This document shows, in pieces, positions 1 through 12,515 of a DNA stretch of 64,000 nt. The first letter of the stretch is position 1; each line of letters opens with the position of its first letter. This DNA comes from Felis catus (Eukaryota), in NCBI RefSeq assembly GCF_018350175.1, contig NC_058368.1, positions 112,098,001 to 112,162,000 of the forward strand, in the 5' to 3' direction. Position numbers and translations under genes: made by a program. The notes under the pieces were generated by a model. The model was given only the letters and a program-made list of their open reading frames with translations. It had not been told where the DNA came from and made no database searches.

Positions 1-1367
1 CGGAACCCAGCAGGACCCCAGGGGAGTGCCCAGGGGCACAGGTCCAAGGGCTCAGAGTGCTGCCATCTAGGCTCTCCAGGTTGCCCAGAAGGAGCCGTTT
101 CATCAGCTCTGCTGTTTCCTCATTCTTCCTCCTCTTCTCTCATCCGCCAGTTCCCTCCTTTTCTGCTCACAGCTGGTGTAGTCCTCAGTGTCCTCCGTAT
201 GCCCCAGGCAGAAGCCAGGGCTTCTCCATCTTGGATCCACAGGCTCAAGCACACAGCAGGCCCTTAGCAACAGGCTGCTTGACCGATGGGCCTGATTGCT
301 TTGTTCCTGCAGTGGAACATCAGCTGGCTGTCTATTCTGTGACCGAGTGTCAACCTCTGTGACAACCTATGTGTGCTAACCTCAGGTCAACACTCAGCAG
401 GTACATATTAGAAATAATACTATTTCTAATCTCTGGCAGATCCCATCCAGAGCAGAAAATTAAAGGGGATTTGATGGATCTAGGGAAGCATTTGCACTTG
501 ATTAAGCAGCATCTGCAATTTCCGGCACCATAGACGAAGTTCCAAGGGGTTCTTCCAAGAGGCAGGTGGAGGACGGCATCTTAGACTGATGAGCTAAAAG
601 TATTGCAGTGGCCCATTTCTGTGGGATCACGACAACCGGGCTTTGAGAGGTAGTCCTCACTCCAAATATTTTGTCCCTGTTTTAAATATTGGTCAGACCT
701 TGTACCCAGATTGTGGGTCTTGGAGATGGGATCTCCATGCCTCTGAAGTCGGATCATCTCTGCAGTGACTCAGACCCCATTTCCAAATGGTCCCTGGGGA
801 GATACCTGGAGTCCTCCATCTTTAGACAGTGCCATTCTGGTGAGTCCTCTCATTCCCTCACCCAGCTCCACCCTGTGTAGTCCCTGTCACCTGTCCCATT
901 TGGAGACAAGATTGTATGGGCCGGGCTGGGTGTTGCTGAAGTCTCCTGGGCACTGTTCCCATTGTATGCCACCTGGAGTTGTGTGACATCGTAACCTTGC
1001 TCAGCCTCCTGGAGTTCAGAGCTGCTGAGGGTTCTACACTGGATGGGAAGACTCCCACTGGACAGACACTGCTGACCAGGAACATAGAGCTACCAGTGAA
1101 TGAACACAATTGACTGGAGACATAGGGCTAACAGTGGGCATATACCATTGGCCAGAGACAAAGAGATGTCAATAGGTAGATACTGTTGACCAGGGATTCC
1201 AAGGGTTGAATGCTTCTGGTGGTCAGAAGCATCTTCCCATCAGGGTTACCCATCTATGGAGCTCCCTCATGGCAAGTTAGGAAAGCTGTCATGTCCCTCA
1301 CCTTGAAAATGTCAGAGTTTTGTTGGGCAGTCATGACATCCACGGGGCCTGTGGGCCTGTGGTATGG

Positions 1368-1610
1368 TGGCAGCAGAAGAGGGAGTCGAGAGAGCAGGGG
1401 CTTTGGACTGAGATGGGCTTGGGTATAAATCCTGGCTCTACCTGTTTTTAGCTAGGTGACCTCTCTGAGCCTCTGTTTCCTCATCTGTAAGTTTGGCATA
1501 ATGACCATGATATCTACCTCATACTGATATTGTGAGGATTACATGAATCACTGATAAAGTGCGTGACATAGCGACTGGCACATAGTAAACTCTGCATAAA
1601 TGTTAGCTTT
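1368..1610 (+). mobile_element. MIR SINE
   Basis: MIR core (aaatcctggctcta...ctctctgagcctctgtttcctcatctgtaa) and 3' end (tggcacatagtaa...ataaatgttagct). Confidence 0.85.
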
Positions 1611-1613
1611 CAG

Positions 1614-1641
1614 TCATTCATTCATTCATTCGTTCATTCAT
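1614..1641. repeat. (TCAT)n microsatellite, possibly an L2 tail on the minus strand
   Basis: tcattcattcattcattcgttcattca. Confidence 0.8.
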
Positions 1642-2824
1642 CACAGTTGTGTCTATTTACACAGGTTTCAGCATAAGGCCCCAGGCAGGCATAATCAGTA
1701 CACAGAAGGACTAAATGATCACTTACCTGCACGGTCCCTCTGAGCATCAGTCACCCCCAACTCTGGTACTCCCCGAGTTTACCGTCATCAGGTGCTGGAC
1801 ATTGTTTTCTTGGCACCCCCCACCTGTCAGTCAGGCCCTTACCCTCACCAGGCCTGCCACTCTTAGGAGACCTGATGTGCTCATTATAAGTTAGGGCTGA
1901 AAAAACAAACTGTAGCAAACTTCCAATTATTATTTATAGCCGTATGGTTACTCAGTTTTATCTATTTTTGTGTGTAGAGACATTTTATATAGAAAAATCT
2001 TAAAAGGTTCTCTGAACATTCTGTGTATTTGATTTCCATGATTGGAGCCCTAGGGGTGTTTTCCAAGAATATTTTATGTGAAAGAGACAAGTGATAACTG
2101 TTTATAGTCACCCGGTAACCATAGAGATGAAATTCCACCAGATCAAAGTATGAAGGTAATTAACTCCCTGCAAATTATAGTTGCTGAACCTTATGCACAG
2201 AGGCACATGACTTCACTCATGGGCTATGCAGCCAAGGGAAAAATCTCTGGGGGGAGGAAAAGGATTAGCAAGGGCTCATCTGCAAAGCTTTGTCCCTCTG
2301 TCCTCATCCAGAGGGGGCACGTGTGAGGAGCCTTGGTTTCAGCCCAAGGAGTCAGCCTCTGTAGCCCTCAAAGTCAAATATCTTGACTCTCCTTCCCTCA
2401 CTTCACCATCCAAGTAGCCTCTTCTTTGACCCAGGCTAGACTTTACAGGTGTGGGGAATGAGATGATTTAACATGCTCAATTGTGAAGTGGATGAGGGGT
2501 GAGTGGTTCTCAGCTCCCACTTGCCCATAACCTCCATGTGCCAACCTGCCTCATTTTCTAAGAAGGGCAGGGGGGGTTTTTCTCATCGGTGTCACCTACC
2601 AAGCGAGCAGAACTTTATGTCCCACTTTTAATAAGGTTGACCCACCAGAGTGTCCTCCCGTATTTATCCCACCGTCGTTTTGAAAGAGTGCCCATCCAGT
2701 GAGAGGTTTTCCCCTTCCCTCTCTTTCTGTCCTCCGCCCCACCCCCCTCCGCCTAGTGGAGGCTCAGAAAAGACATGCCCACAGGGCTGCTTCTCGGAGG
2801 TAGTGTAACAGTCTGCTCCCCATC

Positions 2825-3020
2825 AGTGTAGGTAGTGTAGGGATTGGGGTCCTTGACAGTGGGCTGAAGTCTGGCTCTGCTTCTTACTAGCTGTGTGACC
2901 TACTGTGAATTACTTAGCTTCTCTATAACTCAGTTCTTCTTTGCAAAAAGAGCTAATAAGTCTGTTGTGAGAGGATGATGCCTATAAAAGCCCCAGCACA
3001 GTGCCTGGTGCAACACAGCG
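2825..3020 (+). mobile_element. MIR SINE
   Basis: tctggctctgcttcttactagctgtgtgacc...cagcacagtgcctggtgca. Confidence 0.75.
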
Positions 3021-3879
3021 GACCGACTTTGAGCAAGAGGAGATTGAATATAGGGAATGAGGTCCTACAACACTGTTGGGAGGGCTGGGGGAGCAGGTCA
3101 CTGACGGGCCTCTGGAAGGATTCCCAGATCAGTTCAGAACTGACCCTCCAGGGTGGGGTTGCCTGCCTCTCTTCCCCCTCTGACACCGGAGTTCAGAGCT
3201 CAGGATTCATCCTTGCAGCTGGGATCCAGGAAGCAGGAGGCCAGGATGAAGGAATCACTACCGCTGCTCCTGCCACCACACTCATCTCTTACAACTGGGA
3301 AGCTGCGGAAGGAACCCTGGAACCAGCCTCTCAGAAGCTCCACATCTCCAGGACTTCTTGCCACTGGAAATAGCTCGAGGAGATGGGGGGATGACTTCCG
3401 CCTTCCTTCTGCTTTCCAAACCTCCTGTGAGTGGATCCGACTGGTGGAACCTAGCTCACATCCTCGATCCTAGCTGCAGGAGTCTGGGAAATGTGTAATG
3501 TGTTTAGTTTCCCCCCCACCCCCACCCAGCTAGAAGGAGAATGGAATGGAAGCTGGGAGAACCGATCCACAGAATCCAGCCAAGTGCTTATTAGTATTAA
3601 TACAAGTGCTCAAAATATTTGGCATTATTATTGTTATTACTGTTGCTATCATTATCATTATTTTCCTTGCCTTCGCAGGAAGCCTGGCTTGAGGACTCAC
3701 TAATTTGAGGGGCCCCTAGTGAAGAGTCTTAAGGTTCACCTTTCTCCTTGGGGGGGCCTCCCTTGCAGAGTGGTTTTCCGAGATGCAGCATCTCATTTAA
3801 TGGTGTCATCATGTCACCCTCCGCCATAGTGTCTGTGCCAGGAGCTTGGACCACTCTGACTTACTCTTCTCCCTCACTA

Positions 3880-4400
3880 ACCGACCTGCTCACCACAACC
3901 AGCCACCAAGCCTTGTAAATCACCTCCATGTCATATCTGTCCCTTCCTCCATTGCCACAGTCCTTCGTCGAGTCTTTATCACAGTCTCTGCGCTGGACAG
4001 TGTGACTGCCTTCCCTCCGGCCTCCTGGATTCCAAGCTTCCTTCCGAACCCATCGTCTACCTGACAGCCTGCACAGCTTTCTTAAACACAAAGCTTGCCA
4101 CTCTCTCACCTGCTTTGAGCTCCTGAGTGGCTCCCTGGCCTCCAGGTGGCTGTGCTGAGGTCTGGCCCCAGGGCGTCTAGTCTAATGGCCTCCTGGCCTC
4201 ATCTGCCCCTGCCACACTGAGCTCAGCCCCCCAGCCCCTGTGGTTTTGCCCAGACACACCATGTTCTCTCGCTTGTCCGAGCTTCTGTATTCTTTGTTCC
4301 CTCTGCTGGAATGCCTTCCCTGCCCCTGCTCCTGGGATCTCTGGGTCAGCTGTCAGGACTCTCTCAACGCTGCCTCCTGGTGACATCCTCCCTGCCCTTC
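3880..4400 (+). mobile_element. L2 LINE fragment
   Basis: Pyrimidine-rich L2 3' region, e.g. ttgttccctctgctggaatgccttccc; boundaries approximate. Confidence 0.65.
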
Positions 4401-5139
4401 TGGGCAAGTTCCCCCCTCCCACCCCCTGCAGAGCTCCTGGGCCCCTTTAACATCAAATATGTTGGCTCCCTCACCACAGAAGAGGGCTCCTTAGTTGTGA
4501 GACCAGAACTTACTCATCCTCACCATCCTCATCGTCCCCAGTCTCTCGCTGACTCAGCCAGTCAGTTAAGAAACCTCTTCCCTGACCTTTGCTCCGTCCG
4601 GCCTTCTTCTCCAGTTGTCCCTTCACCAGTTCGGCAGTGGCCTCAGGCACCACTCTCCCTGGGCGCCAGGCTCTGGTAGTGCTGCAGATGGTGTACCTCT
4701 CTGGGTAACGTCAAAGTCTGTCCTCTGGGGACGTACAACCCAGGAGTCGGGGAGGACAAGTCCAAGTGGCAGTAAGAGGAAAAGAGGCAAGGTCAGTGCC
4801 AAAGGCAAGAACTGGAAGGTGCCACAGGGCCCACCGTAGATGGGTGAGCAGGGAAGGCATGTGGAGGAGGGGACTTGGCACAGCCTGGGCAGAGCTGGTC
4901 CTTCTCAGTGGGGGACTCCCACTCCCCACCCTTCCACCCTCTCTGAACACTTCTAGCTCCTGGCCTGGCATTTTCTCAATGGTTCTCTTGTCAGCAGTGT
5001 TCCAGTTTCCCCGAGTTATTAATGAAAGAGCTGCTCCTTTGACATGCAGACCTCACAGACAAGTCTCCCTTCCAGTTTTTTCTCAGCTTCTTCAATGTGG
5101 AGCACCCAGTGCGTGCCCAGAGTTTGGTGGTCTTGTGAT

Positions 5140-5330
5140 TATGGCGACGGTCACCGTCACTACGGTGCCAGGAAGCACTGGACGCCCCATACAAGCTTTC
5201 AACCAAACGGTAACCCGGGGAGGTAGTGCTGGTGTCGTCCCCCCCCCCCCCCCCCCCGTCTGAGGCGGAGATGTCAAAGTGACAGTAAACGGCAGAGGTA
5301 GGACTGCCAGCTCAGCACGGCATGGTTCCA
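5140..5330 (-). mobile_element. Highly diverged MIR fragment containing a poly-C run
   Basis: Layout resembles reverse MIR (gtgccagg...gaggtag...cccc...ctgaggc...gtaaacggcagag). Confidence 0.4.
5239..5257. repeat. C19 homopolymer
   Basis: 19 consecutive C. Confidence 0.95.
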
Positions 5331-5399
5331 GAGTGTGAACTCAGTGCTGCACCGGCTCTCTCATGATGGTGCCCCTGCAGTGGAGCCGGATGTTTGAGG

Positions 5400-5700
5400 G
5401 CAAACACTGCTGGGAGGTCAGAAGGATGAGGTCCGAGGTGGCCACAGGGAGCTGACCGTGACCTTGGCGAGAGCAGTTCCAGGGCGCTGGCAGGGGACAG
5501 AACCAGACTGCAGTGGTTGGAGTGGAAGAGGGCAGGGAGGATTGTAAGCAACTCTCTGAGGTAACCTCGCTTTGGTGGGAGGAGAGAGGGCACCAGGTTG
5601 GGGGAAGGTGGAGAAATGGGTAGAAGGAGAGTTAAACAACTCTTTGGTTTCCTGATGACTGAGCAGGACCCAAGCATGTGTGGGGGAAGGAGGCAGAGGG
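5400..5700 (-). mobile_element. L2 LINE fragment
   Basis: gtgaccttggcgagagcagttccag...accagactgcagtggttggagtg, typical of reverse L2. Confidence 0.65.
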
Positions 5701-5934
5701 AGGCGGAGAATTGGGAGACTGGCCCGAGGCGGAGCTGATGGGAGAGACTCCCCCCACCCCAGGAAGTGGGGAGAGAGGGACCCAGAGGCCAGGAGTGGAA
5801 CTAACCTTGGGCTAGGGAGGGCCACAGAAATTTGGGGGCTGGAGGCCCCGAGGAGGCCACGGCACCATGAGGTGCCTTCCCTGGTGGCAGGCAGGCATGA
5901 AGGGTGCACCTGTCTGTGAGTTTCTGTTGTCAGT

Positions 5935-6090
5935 CCTAGCACTTTCCCTTAGCACTTAGCATGTACTACTTACTTTTTCTTTTTAATTGTTTGGCTCCCT
6001 CCAGTTGGCTGTAAGCTGCAAGAGGGTAGGGATTTTTGTCTGTATCCTCAGTGCCTAGGACAGTAAGTCACACGTATTTGGGATGGTGAA
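5935..6090 (+). mobile_element. L2 3' end
   Basis: ctgtaagctgcaagagggtaggga...tgtatcctcagtgcctaggacag...tggtgaat. Confidence 0.7.
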
Positions 6091-6099
6091 TCATAACTG

Positions 6100-6800
6100 C
6101 TAAATGAAAAGTAGGATACTTTTTCCACGAAGCCGAGGTAGGTCTGCAGCTGGCAGGAAGGGGGCGGTGGTGGCATGAGGGGGTCTGAGAGGACAGCGAC
6201 AAAAGCTGCTGTGTGGAGCGTTGACACAGAGGACCGTCGGAGGACCAGAGGCACCTCACGTGAGACCACGGGGCCTCGTCACGGGGCTCTGCGGCAGAGG
6301 CCAAGGCAGGGGTGGCTCCAAGGTCAGTGCTCTTCAGGAAGGTGTAGGACCCTGAGGGCTAGGGGGCTGGAGGCCTGTGGTCAGTAGGTGGGGTATGGAG
6401 CTGGTGATCTGGAAGATGGAGAGAGTCTGGGGGATGACAGGGTGCAGGGTGTGGCTCTGCGTGTGGGTTGCTGGACCGGAGTGTGGGCGAGGGCCGCCAG
6501 TGACAAGGAGGTCAAGGACTGACGGCCTCCCCACAGGCCGAGGTCACCCCGGGGTGGCCTGGGGGAGCACAGTGGGCCCGCTCACAGCTCCGCGGTGAGT
6601 GAGGGGGTGTGAAGGAAGCGGGCGGGAGATGACCACTGCGAGGAGAGGGGGACCAGACCACAGAAGCCTCAGAGGGACAGGAGCTTCAGGTGTGGGCAGC
6701 AGAATGTGTGCCGGAAGCAGCTCTGGGCAGTGAAGATGACTTGGGGCCACCGGCCAATGCAGAAGGAAGGAGTAGCCTCCATGCAAGTGGGCTGTGGGGA
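6100..6800 (-). mobile_element. Diverged L2 fragment(s)
   Basis: Purine-rich reverse-L2-like motifs (ggagatgaccactgcgaggag...gaagatgacttgg); boundaries approximate. Confidence 0.45.
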
Positions 6801-8229
6801 GCAGAACCCTCAAGGGAAAGCTGGCTGTAGATGAGGCCTAGGGCAGAGAGAGGGAGAAGGCGTGGGAGGGTTGTTACAACCATTACTATTAATGTAGCTC
6901 CTAGAACCATGATTCCAAAGGGACTGTGAACTTGGGAAGGATCCTTCCTGCATGGGGATGGCTAGGAGGGCTCCCACCTGGACGATCATGCTTACTGCTC
7001 ATTTTGGGGAGCACTATCTGGTTACATGGCTGCTCTCATTCCTCCTGGACTGTGCGACTGAGTTGGATTCCTAGACCTGGTGGCTCTTAGGGGGTGCCCC
7101 CTTCCCACCAGAACCTGGAGGTTTGCTGCAATCAAGCTGCTTACGGCTCCCCTTTCTTCTTCACCAGGCACAGGCATGCTGCTATGGTGCTGTGCCCAGA
7201 TCTGCAGGTACCCTTGCCATTTACAACCCATGAAGGTCCAGAACAGCTGGAGGCAGGATGGGCTGCTGGGGAGACTGAGGCTGGGAGGACACAGCCAATA
7301 TTGCTGGTATCAGTGGTACCCTTCCCACTCTAGCTGTAGGGACCACAGACCAGCCCAAAAAGGTGTTTGTTTTTCCTTCCGTCTGGCATTCACTCCCTTG
7401 TTAATTTTATCCGGAAGATGTTCCTTGATGCCACTTTTGGGCTAACTCTATGTAAGGAGTTAGAAGTCAGCAGGCACACCCTCCTTCCTGGCCACCAGCA
7501 CTCAGCGGCTTGCCCTGGATGGGGTTGCCTCTCTGGGAAACTTTGGGGAAGTCAGTACATGGCATTGACCTTGGGAAGAGGCGTCTATTCCTGTCTGTCC
7601 GTGCCATAACATATCTAAGAAAGAATCCGTTTGTATTTCTGCCTACGCCCTTCTCCCTTGGCCAACCCCCTCGGGGCTCAATATATCACTCAGCACTTCT
7701 GGTGTATTACAGTTGTCAGGGATACGTCTGCTGGCCTCATTAGAGCTTCTCATGCTAGGAGCTGTGTCCTGGGGTGCGGTCTTTGATTGATTAAAAGTAG
7801 GTCAAAATAATAAGGTAAATGAGGCACTTCCAGGGCCTTTATGCTCTGGTGCCTAGTTGGTGATGGCCAGGACATTCCAAGTGGAACAGCTTGAGGAGTA
7901 GATGACTAACGTAGCCTCTTTCTTCATGTGGCCTAGGACACCATTCTTGCCTTCTCTGCTGCCCGGGATCAAAGCCCTGAGGGTGTCTGTCTGTTTGTGG
8001 ATTTGGGGATCTTCAGTTCAGGGACAGTGGTGCTGGGGTCCTCTGAGGAGGTATACCTGGCATCCAGCTGTACCCCCTCCCCAGATGGAGTGGCTGGGCC
8101 GGGAGGGAACACCTCTTCTCTTCTTCCCAGACTGGTACTTGCACAAAGTCGTGCCCATATGCTATCTCCCTGAATAAACCTTCCACTCGCTCCTGCCCCT
8201 TTGTAACCTTTACTTCTGTGTTCCTTGTT

Positions 8230-8362
8230 ATCCTTGCCTGGAATGTCTTCCCCGGTAGGGACTGTTGTGTTTACGGTCCTATCCCGGCACCAAACACAGT
8301 GCCTGGCACATGGTGGGCACTCAGGTCTCTGTTGACTGGCTGGCTGACTGGATGAATGAACA
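8230..8362 (+). mobile_element. L2 3' end
   Basis: acacagtgcctggcacatggtgggcactca...tggatgaatgaa. Confidence 0.75.
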
Positions 8363-9119
8363 AATTACCCCTTCCCTGGCTTCACAGAGTTGGTCACAGA
8401 AGAGGGAAGTCAAAAACCAACCATGGAAGAAGACATAGGAGAGCAGAGGGCTGACACAGGGCGAGGGAGTGACCTGGGGAGGTTCTGAGCCTCAGCCGGG
8501 GCCATCCATCCTGGAGTGGATGAGTCATTTACAGCTTTGGATGCTCAGGTCTCCATCTCTCATCACAACCTCTGGCTGCTAACTGTCCTTGTGGGGGTCT
8601 GGTGGGGGCCACGTAAGAACTGTGCATAGTGTTTTATGTGCACGTTGAGAGTCTGTCACCACTGAGGGCTGCCTCCTGCCACAGGCATCCCCTGCTGGCA
8701 TGCCTGGGGAGTCTGGCTTTTTCCTCAATTTCCACCTTCCGAGGGATGCCTGGGAACCTTCCAGGGAAATGTTCTTTTATCCTTGAGCCGGTCATGTGTG
8801 CTTAAAGTGTTTGTCTTTAACACTCTTGGGAGAAAGTGTGGTTCTTCTCCCCTCCTTGAGCTGAACCTAGGGGTTATACAGTCTTTCCCCCCAAGTTCTT
8901 TGCTTCCTCACAGCTCCCTCCAGTGGGCTCCCACCCCTTTGCTGCCTCTGTTGGGCCCTGGCCATCTCCCGCTGGACCGGGGGGACAGTGGGCCGCCCAG
9001 CTGGACTTGCCCTGGCTTCTGCACTCTCCTATCTGTCCACACCCCACACAGCTGCCACAGTGAATGCCCCGATGGGCCAAAGAAAGCTCTACCATTGAAT
9101 TCCTGGGAATGCCGTCTTG

Positions 9120-9310
9120 TGTGTGCAGGCTTTGACCTGAGTTTGAAACCAGCAGCGTGCTCACTTGCTCAGTGACCCTGGGCAGTTATGTAATGTTTCT
9201 TGAGCCTTGGTTTCTTCTTTTCGTAAATCTGGGTTAACAGCGTCTACCCCCTGGGTTTACTGTGAGGAGTGACTTCAGTGTCAATCACCTTGCTCTGTGC
9301 CTGCCACTTG
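9120..9310 (+). mobile_element. MIR fragment
   Basis: gtgaccctgggcagtta...tgagccttggtttcttc...tgtgagga. Confidence 0.65.
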
Positions 9311-11079
9311 GCAGAGAGCAGAGGATTAGTGCTCCTCTCCAGCACATGGCAGGCACCGCTCCATAAACTGCCTGTCTCTTCCTTTTTATAGAGAGTGTAT
9401 ACAAAGCTAGGGCCTACTGCCAACAAAGTGAGCCTCTAATGTCAAGAATCATCTCTGATGGGCAAAACAGGATTATTTATGTCTAGCTCCTTGTGTGCTA
9501 ATATGTGCAACTAAGACGATCAGGAAGACTCGGTGGGGCTAAGCATTTCCCCCACAATTGTGTTCACTGTGTGCCTTCCGTAAACCATGACCCAGGAAGG
9601 AACCAGGTACTCTGTATCCCAGCGATCCTGAATTCTGGATGAGTGTGCTTTGATTCGGTGAGATTTTTACCAGGTGTGTGGGCTTCTGCAGACCTGGAGT
9701 TGGACCCAGTTTCCAGATTTCTCTCCTCATGCCCCGGTTCCAGGAAGGCGTTTATGCACAAGGGTTTGGCCGCTGGCATCTCTACGCCCTGAGACTTTTG
9801 AGTGTGGGGTTTAGGATTCAGTTTTAGCTGCTAAGTAGATTGTTTGTTTTTTTCCTTGTTGCAAAGGATTGCTCATTCTCAGCTGGGCTTTGGAGCCTCG
9901 CATGAAGTTTTCTGACTTACCCATTCCACTCAGATGGATAAGTCTTTCCGTCTCTCGGTTGGTTACACATAATACACCCTGGCAGACAGGAGGCCACCGC
10001 TGTGGGGATACTCAGCTAGAGATACTCTACCTGCAGGGCCTGTGGGAACGTGCATGGGGACGGTAGTTTCCTGGGTCATACTTCCACTGACCAAGTCAAA
10101 TAGGCTCAGAGCGAAACGGGAAAAGACCCCCGGCCTCTAGTCTGGGCTCAGATCCTGCTTGGGACTAAGGCCGAAAAGTCCCCCTTTTTGCCCTTCTTGG
10201 GTATAGACTTATTGGTTAGTTCTATCCCCTAAGACTCCTGACTGAGACCATGCTGGAGTCTTCGTAAGAATTCCAGGTACCAGTGCCCTAAGCCTCCACC
10301 TGCACCCTCCAGCCCCACAGCTGCTATGGGATTTTCTTCTGAAGAGGCTTTTTGGGGGTTGAAGGTGAATGACTTCAGGCAGATGATTAGCCTAATTAAC
10401 TTAATGCCTTTTGCAATTACCATGCTGGCTTTGAGGAGTGTCCCATGCATTCCTCCCTTTCGGCCCCAGGGCCAAGTGGAAATACTGAAGAAGCGGGCCT
10501 GCCTCCCAGCACGCCTGGCCCTGCCTCCAGATTGCCCCTCCCTGGAGCTAGGGGGCTGTCTTTGGGGAACACGCCAGCTCAGAGTCCTAGGGAGCCTTAT
10601 CGCTGGAAACTGGCAGGCTTGGGTGTTGACAGACAGTTTCCTGCATACCTCACTTAGGAACCAACAACCTGGGCTTCAGAAACAGGCATTCCAGCCCCAG
10701 GGGCAGGGCCAACCTCCTCATCATTGCTTTCTTTTTAAGAAGGTGATTCCTTTAGAAATAACATGCTAATGGTTCTGGGATGCTAGAAGAAGCTTTCACA
10801 GTCCCAGTAGTACTCTCTAATGATGGCCAATGACCATGACTGGGCACAGGAGTCAGGTCCCCTGAGCCGTGCAGTGGAAAAGGGAAGTGGAGAGTGACCA
10901 GGTTTCTAACCTACCCTCAACACTGGTTGCTTGAGGGTTTTTATGTCACAGACTCAGGCCTGTTTGGCAGGTCCCCTGCCCCCTTCCTGGGCTCCATCTC
11001 AATGGAGAAACAAATGAAATGAGTACAGGGGAAAGCAGAGAGTGTGGAAAATGAGCAAAGAAGTGCTACGAAGAGCTAT

Positions 11080-11290
11080 AACCTATTGAGTGCCTGCTAG
11101 ATGCTAAGGTCTTTGACACGCACTGTGTCGTCTAATCTTCTCTGTAACCTGTGTGGGTGGGTTCCATTATTATGCCTGTTACACAGATGAGGAAACTAGG
11201 TTCAGAGAGGATGTGAAACTCCCCCAAAGTCCCACAGCTAGGAAATGGCAGGGCTGGGAGTCAGTCCTAGCTTGTCTGACTCCAGAGTCT
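11080..11290 (-). mobile_element. MIR SINE
   Basis: ttacacagatgaggaaactagg...cccaaagtcccacagctaggaaatggcag...tctgactccagag. Confidence 0.8.
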
Positions 11291-11725
11291 GTCCTTCCCA
11301 TCCCAGTGGATAAGGCACAAGTGGATATCGACCTGAATCAGCAGGAAGCTAAAAACAAACACAGCCTGTACTTCACCCAGCCCTGGGCCAGGTTGGGCCA
11401 GGTACTTCAGGTGTATCTAGCTGTCTCCTTAAGTCTCATCAAGATCCTGTCAGGCAGGTGAAGGTGCCCCATGTTAGCGATATAAAGTGAAGCTCAGGCA
11501 AAAATCAGGCAGCCTCCTGGAGCTTGAGGAAGTGGAGCAACTTCTCCGTTCCCTGGGGTACTGGGGCTTGGGAGCCAGGGTCAAACAGCTAAAGCTCTTA
11601 CAATGAGTGTTTCTTTGGCAGTGTTTTCCCAAGTTTGCTATAAATAGCTTGTCCCAGGGGGTACCTCGTAGTCAACAGTTAAGGCAACTGATATTCAGGA
11701 TCCTTTTCCTATAATCAAAAAACTC

Positions 11726-11948
11726 GGGGGCGCCTGGGTGGCTCAGTCAGTTGAGTGTTTGACTTCAGCTCAGGTCATGATCTCGCGCTTCATGAGTTCG
11801 ATCCCTGCGTTGGGCTCCGTGCTGACAGCTCAGAGTCTGGAGCCTGCTTCAGATTCTGTATCCATCTCTCTGCCCCTCCTCAGCTCACAATCTGTCTCTC
11901 TCAAACATAAACACTAAAAATATTTTTAAAAATTAAAGGAAAAAAAAA
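11726..11948 (+). mobile_element. Can-SINE (SINEC_Fc-like)
   Basis: ggggcgcctgggtggctcagtc head, CT-rich body, A-rich tail; imperfect TSD aaaa(c)aactc. Confidence 0.95.
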
Positions 11949-12074
11949 CAACTCAGCCAAGGGATTTTGGCTGGAAGGGACTTTGAGGTCTTAAATGTGG
12001 CACTGCTCTAATCACAGGAGACCAAACTGGAATATTACGGAGTCCTAAAAAGTCAGATTTCCAAAGGCTGCTGA

Positions 12075-12290
12075 GGCTGTCCAGCATGGTGGTCAAGGGC
12101 ACAGCCTATGCAGGTAGATGGCCAGGTGTGAACTCCGGCTTTGCTACTGCGTACTCTGGGATCCCTCAGTGTCCCCGGCTTCGAATAGGGATAATAATAA
12201 TACTTTGTAGGCCTGCTGTGAGGATTAGTGCTTGTGAAAGCACGTAGGACAGTTTCTGGTTCAGAGTAAAGGCTACAGGGGTGTTCATGA
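12075..12290 (+). mobile_element. MIR SINE
   Basis: cagcatggtggtcaagggcacag...ataataataatac...tgtgaggatt...gtgaaagcac. Confidence 0.7.
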
Positions 12291-12299
12291 AATATAAAC

Positions 12300-12515
12300 A
12301 GTGAACACCATTGGAAAATGCTTTTAAGTAATTTTAGGTGAGAACTGTGGGATGCACAAATTATGTACATTATGCGTTTAATTATATATATGCATTGACA
12401 GGAATGTTATCTTTATGTTATGGAAATTTGGATGGTTTTTATGTACTTCTTACTCTGTATTGCCTCTATCTTGTGCAATGAGCACGAATCACTTTATAAT
12501 TAAAAAAAAATCCTA
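12300..12515 (+). mobile_element. Old L1 (L1ME-like) 3' end fragment
   Basis: AT-rich; ...caatgagcacgaatcactttataattaaaaaaaa resembles an L1ME terminus. Confidence 0.5.

Noticed and set aside
1721..1830. Perfect minus-strand splice donor (caggtaagt) as an exon end
   Set aside because: No convincing upstream polypyrimidine acceptor or recognisable coding frame
11726..11810. tRNA-like A/B boxes as tRNA genes (applies to all SINE heads)
   Set aside because: tRNA-derived heads of Can-SINEs, followed by SINE body and A tail
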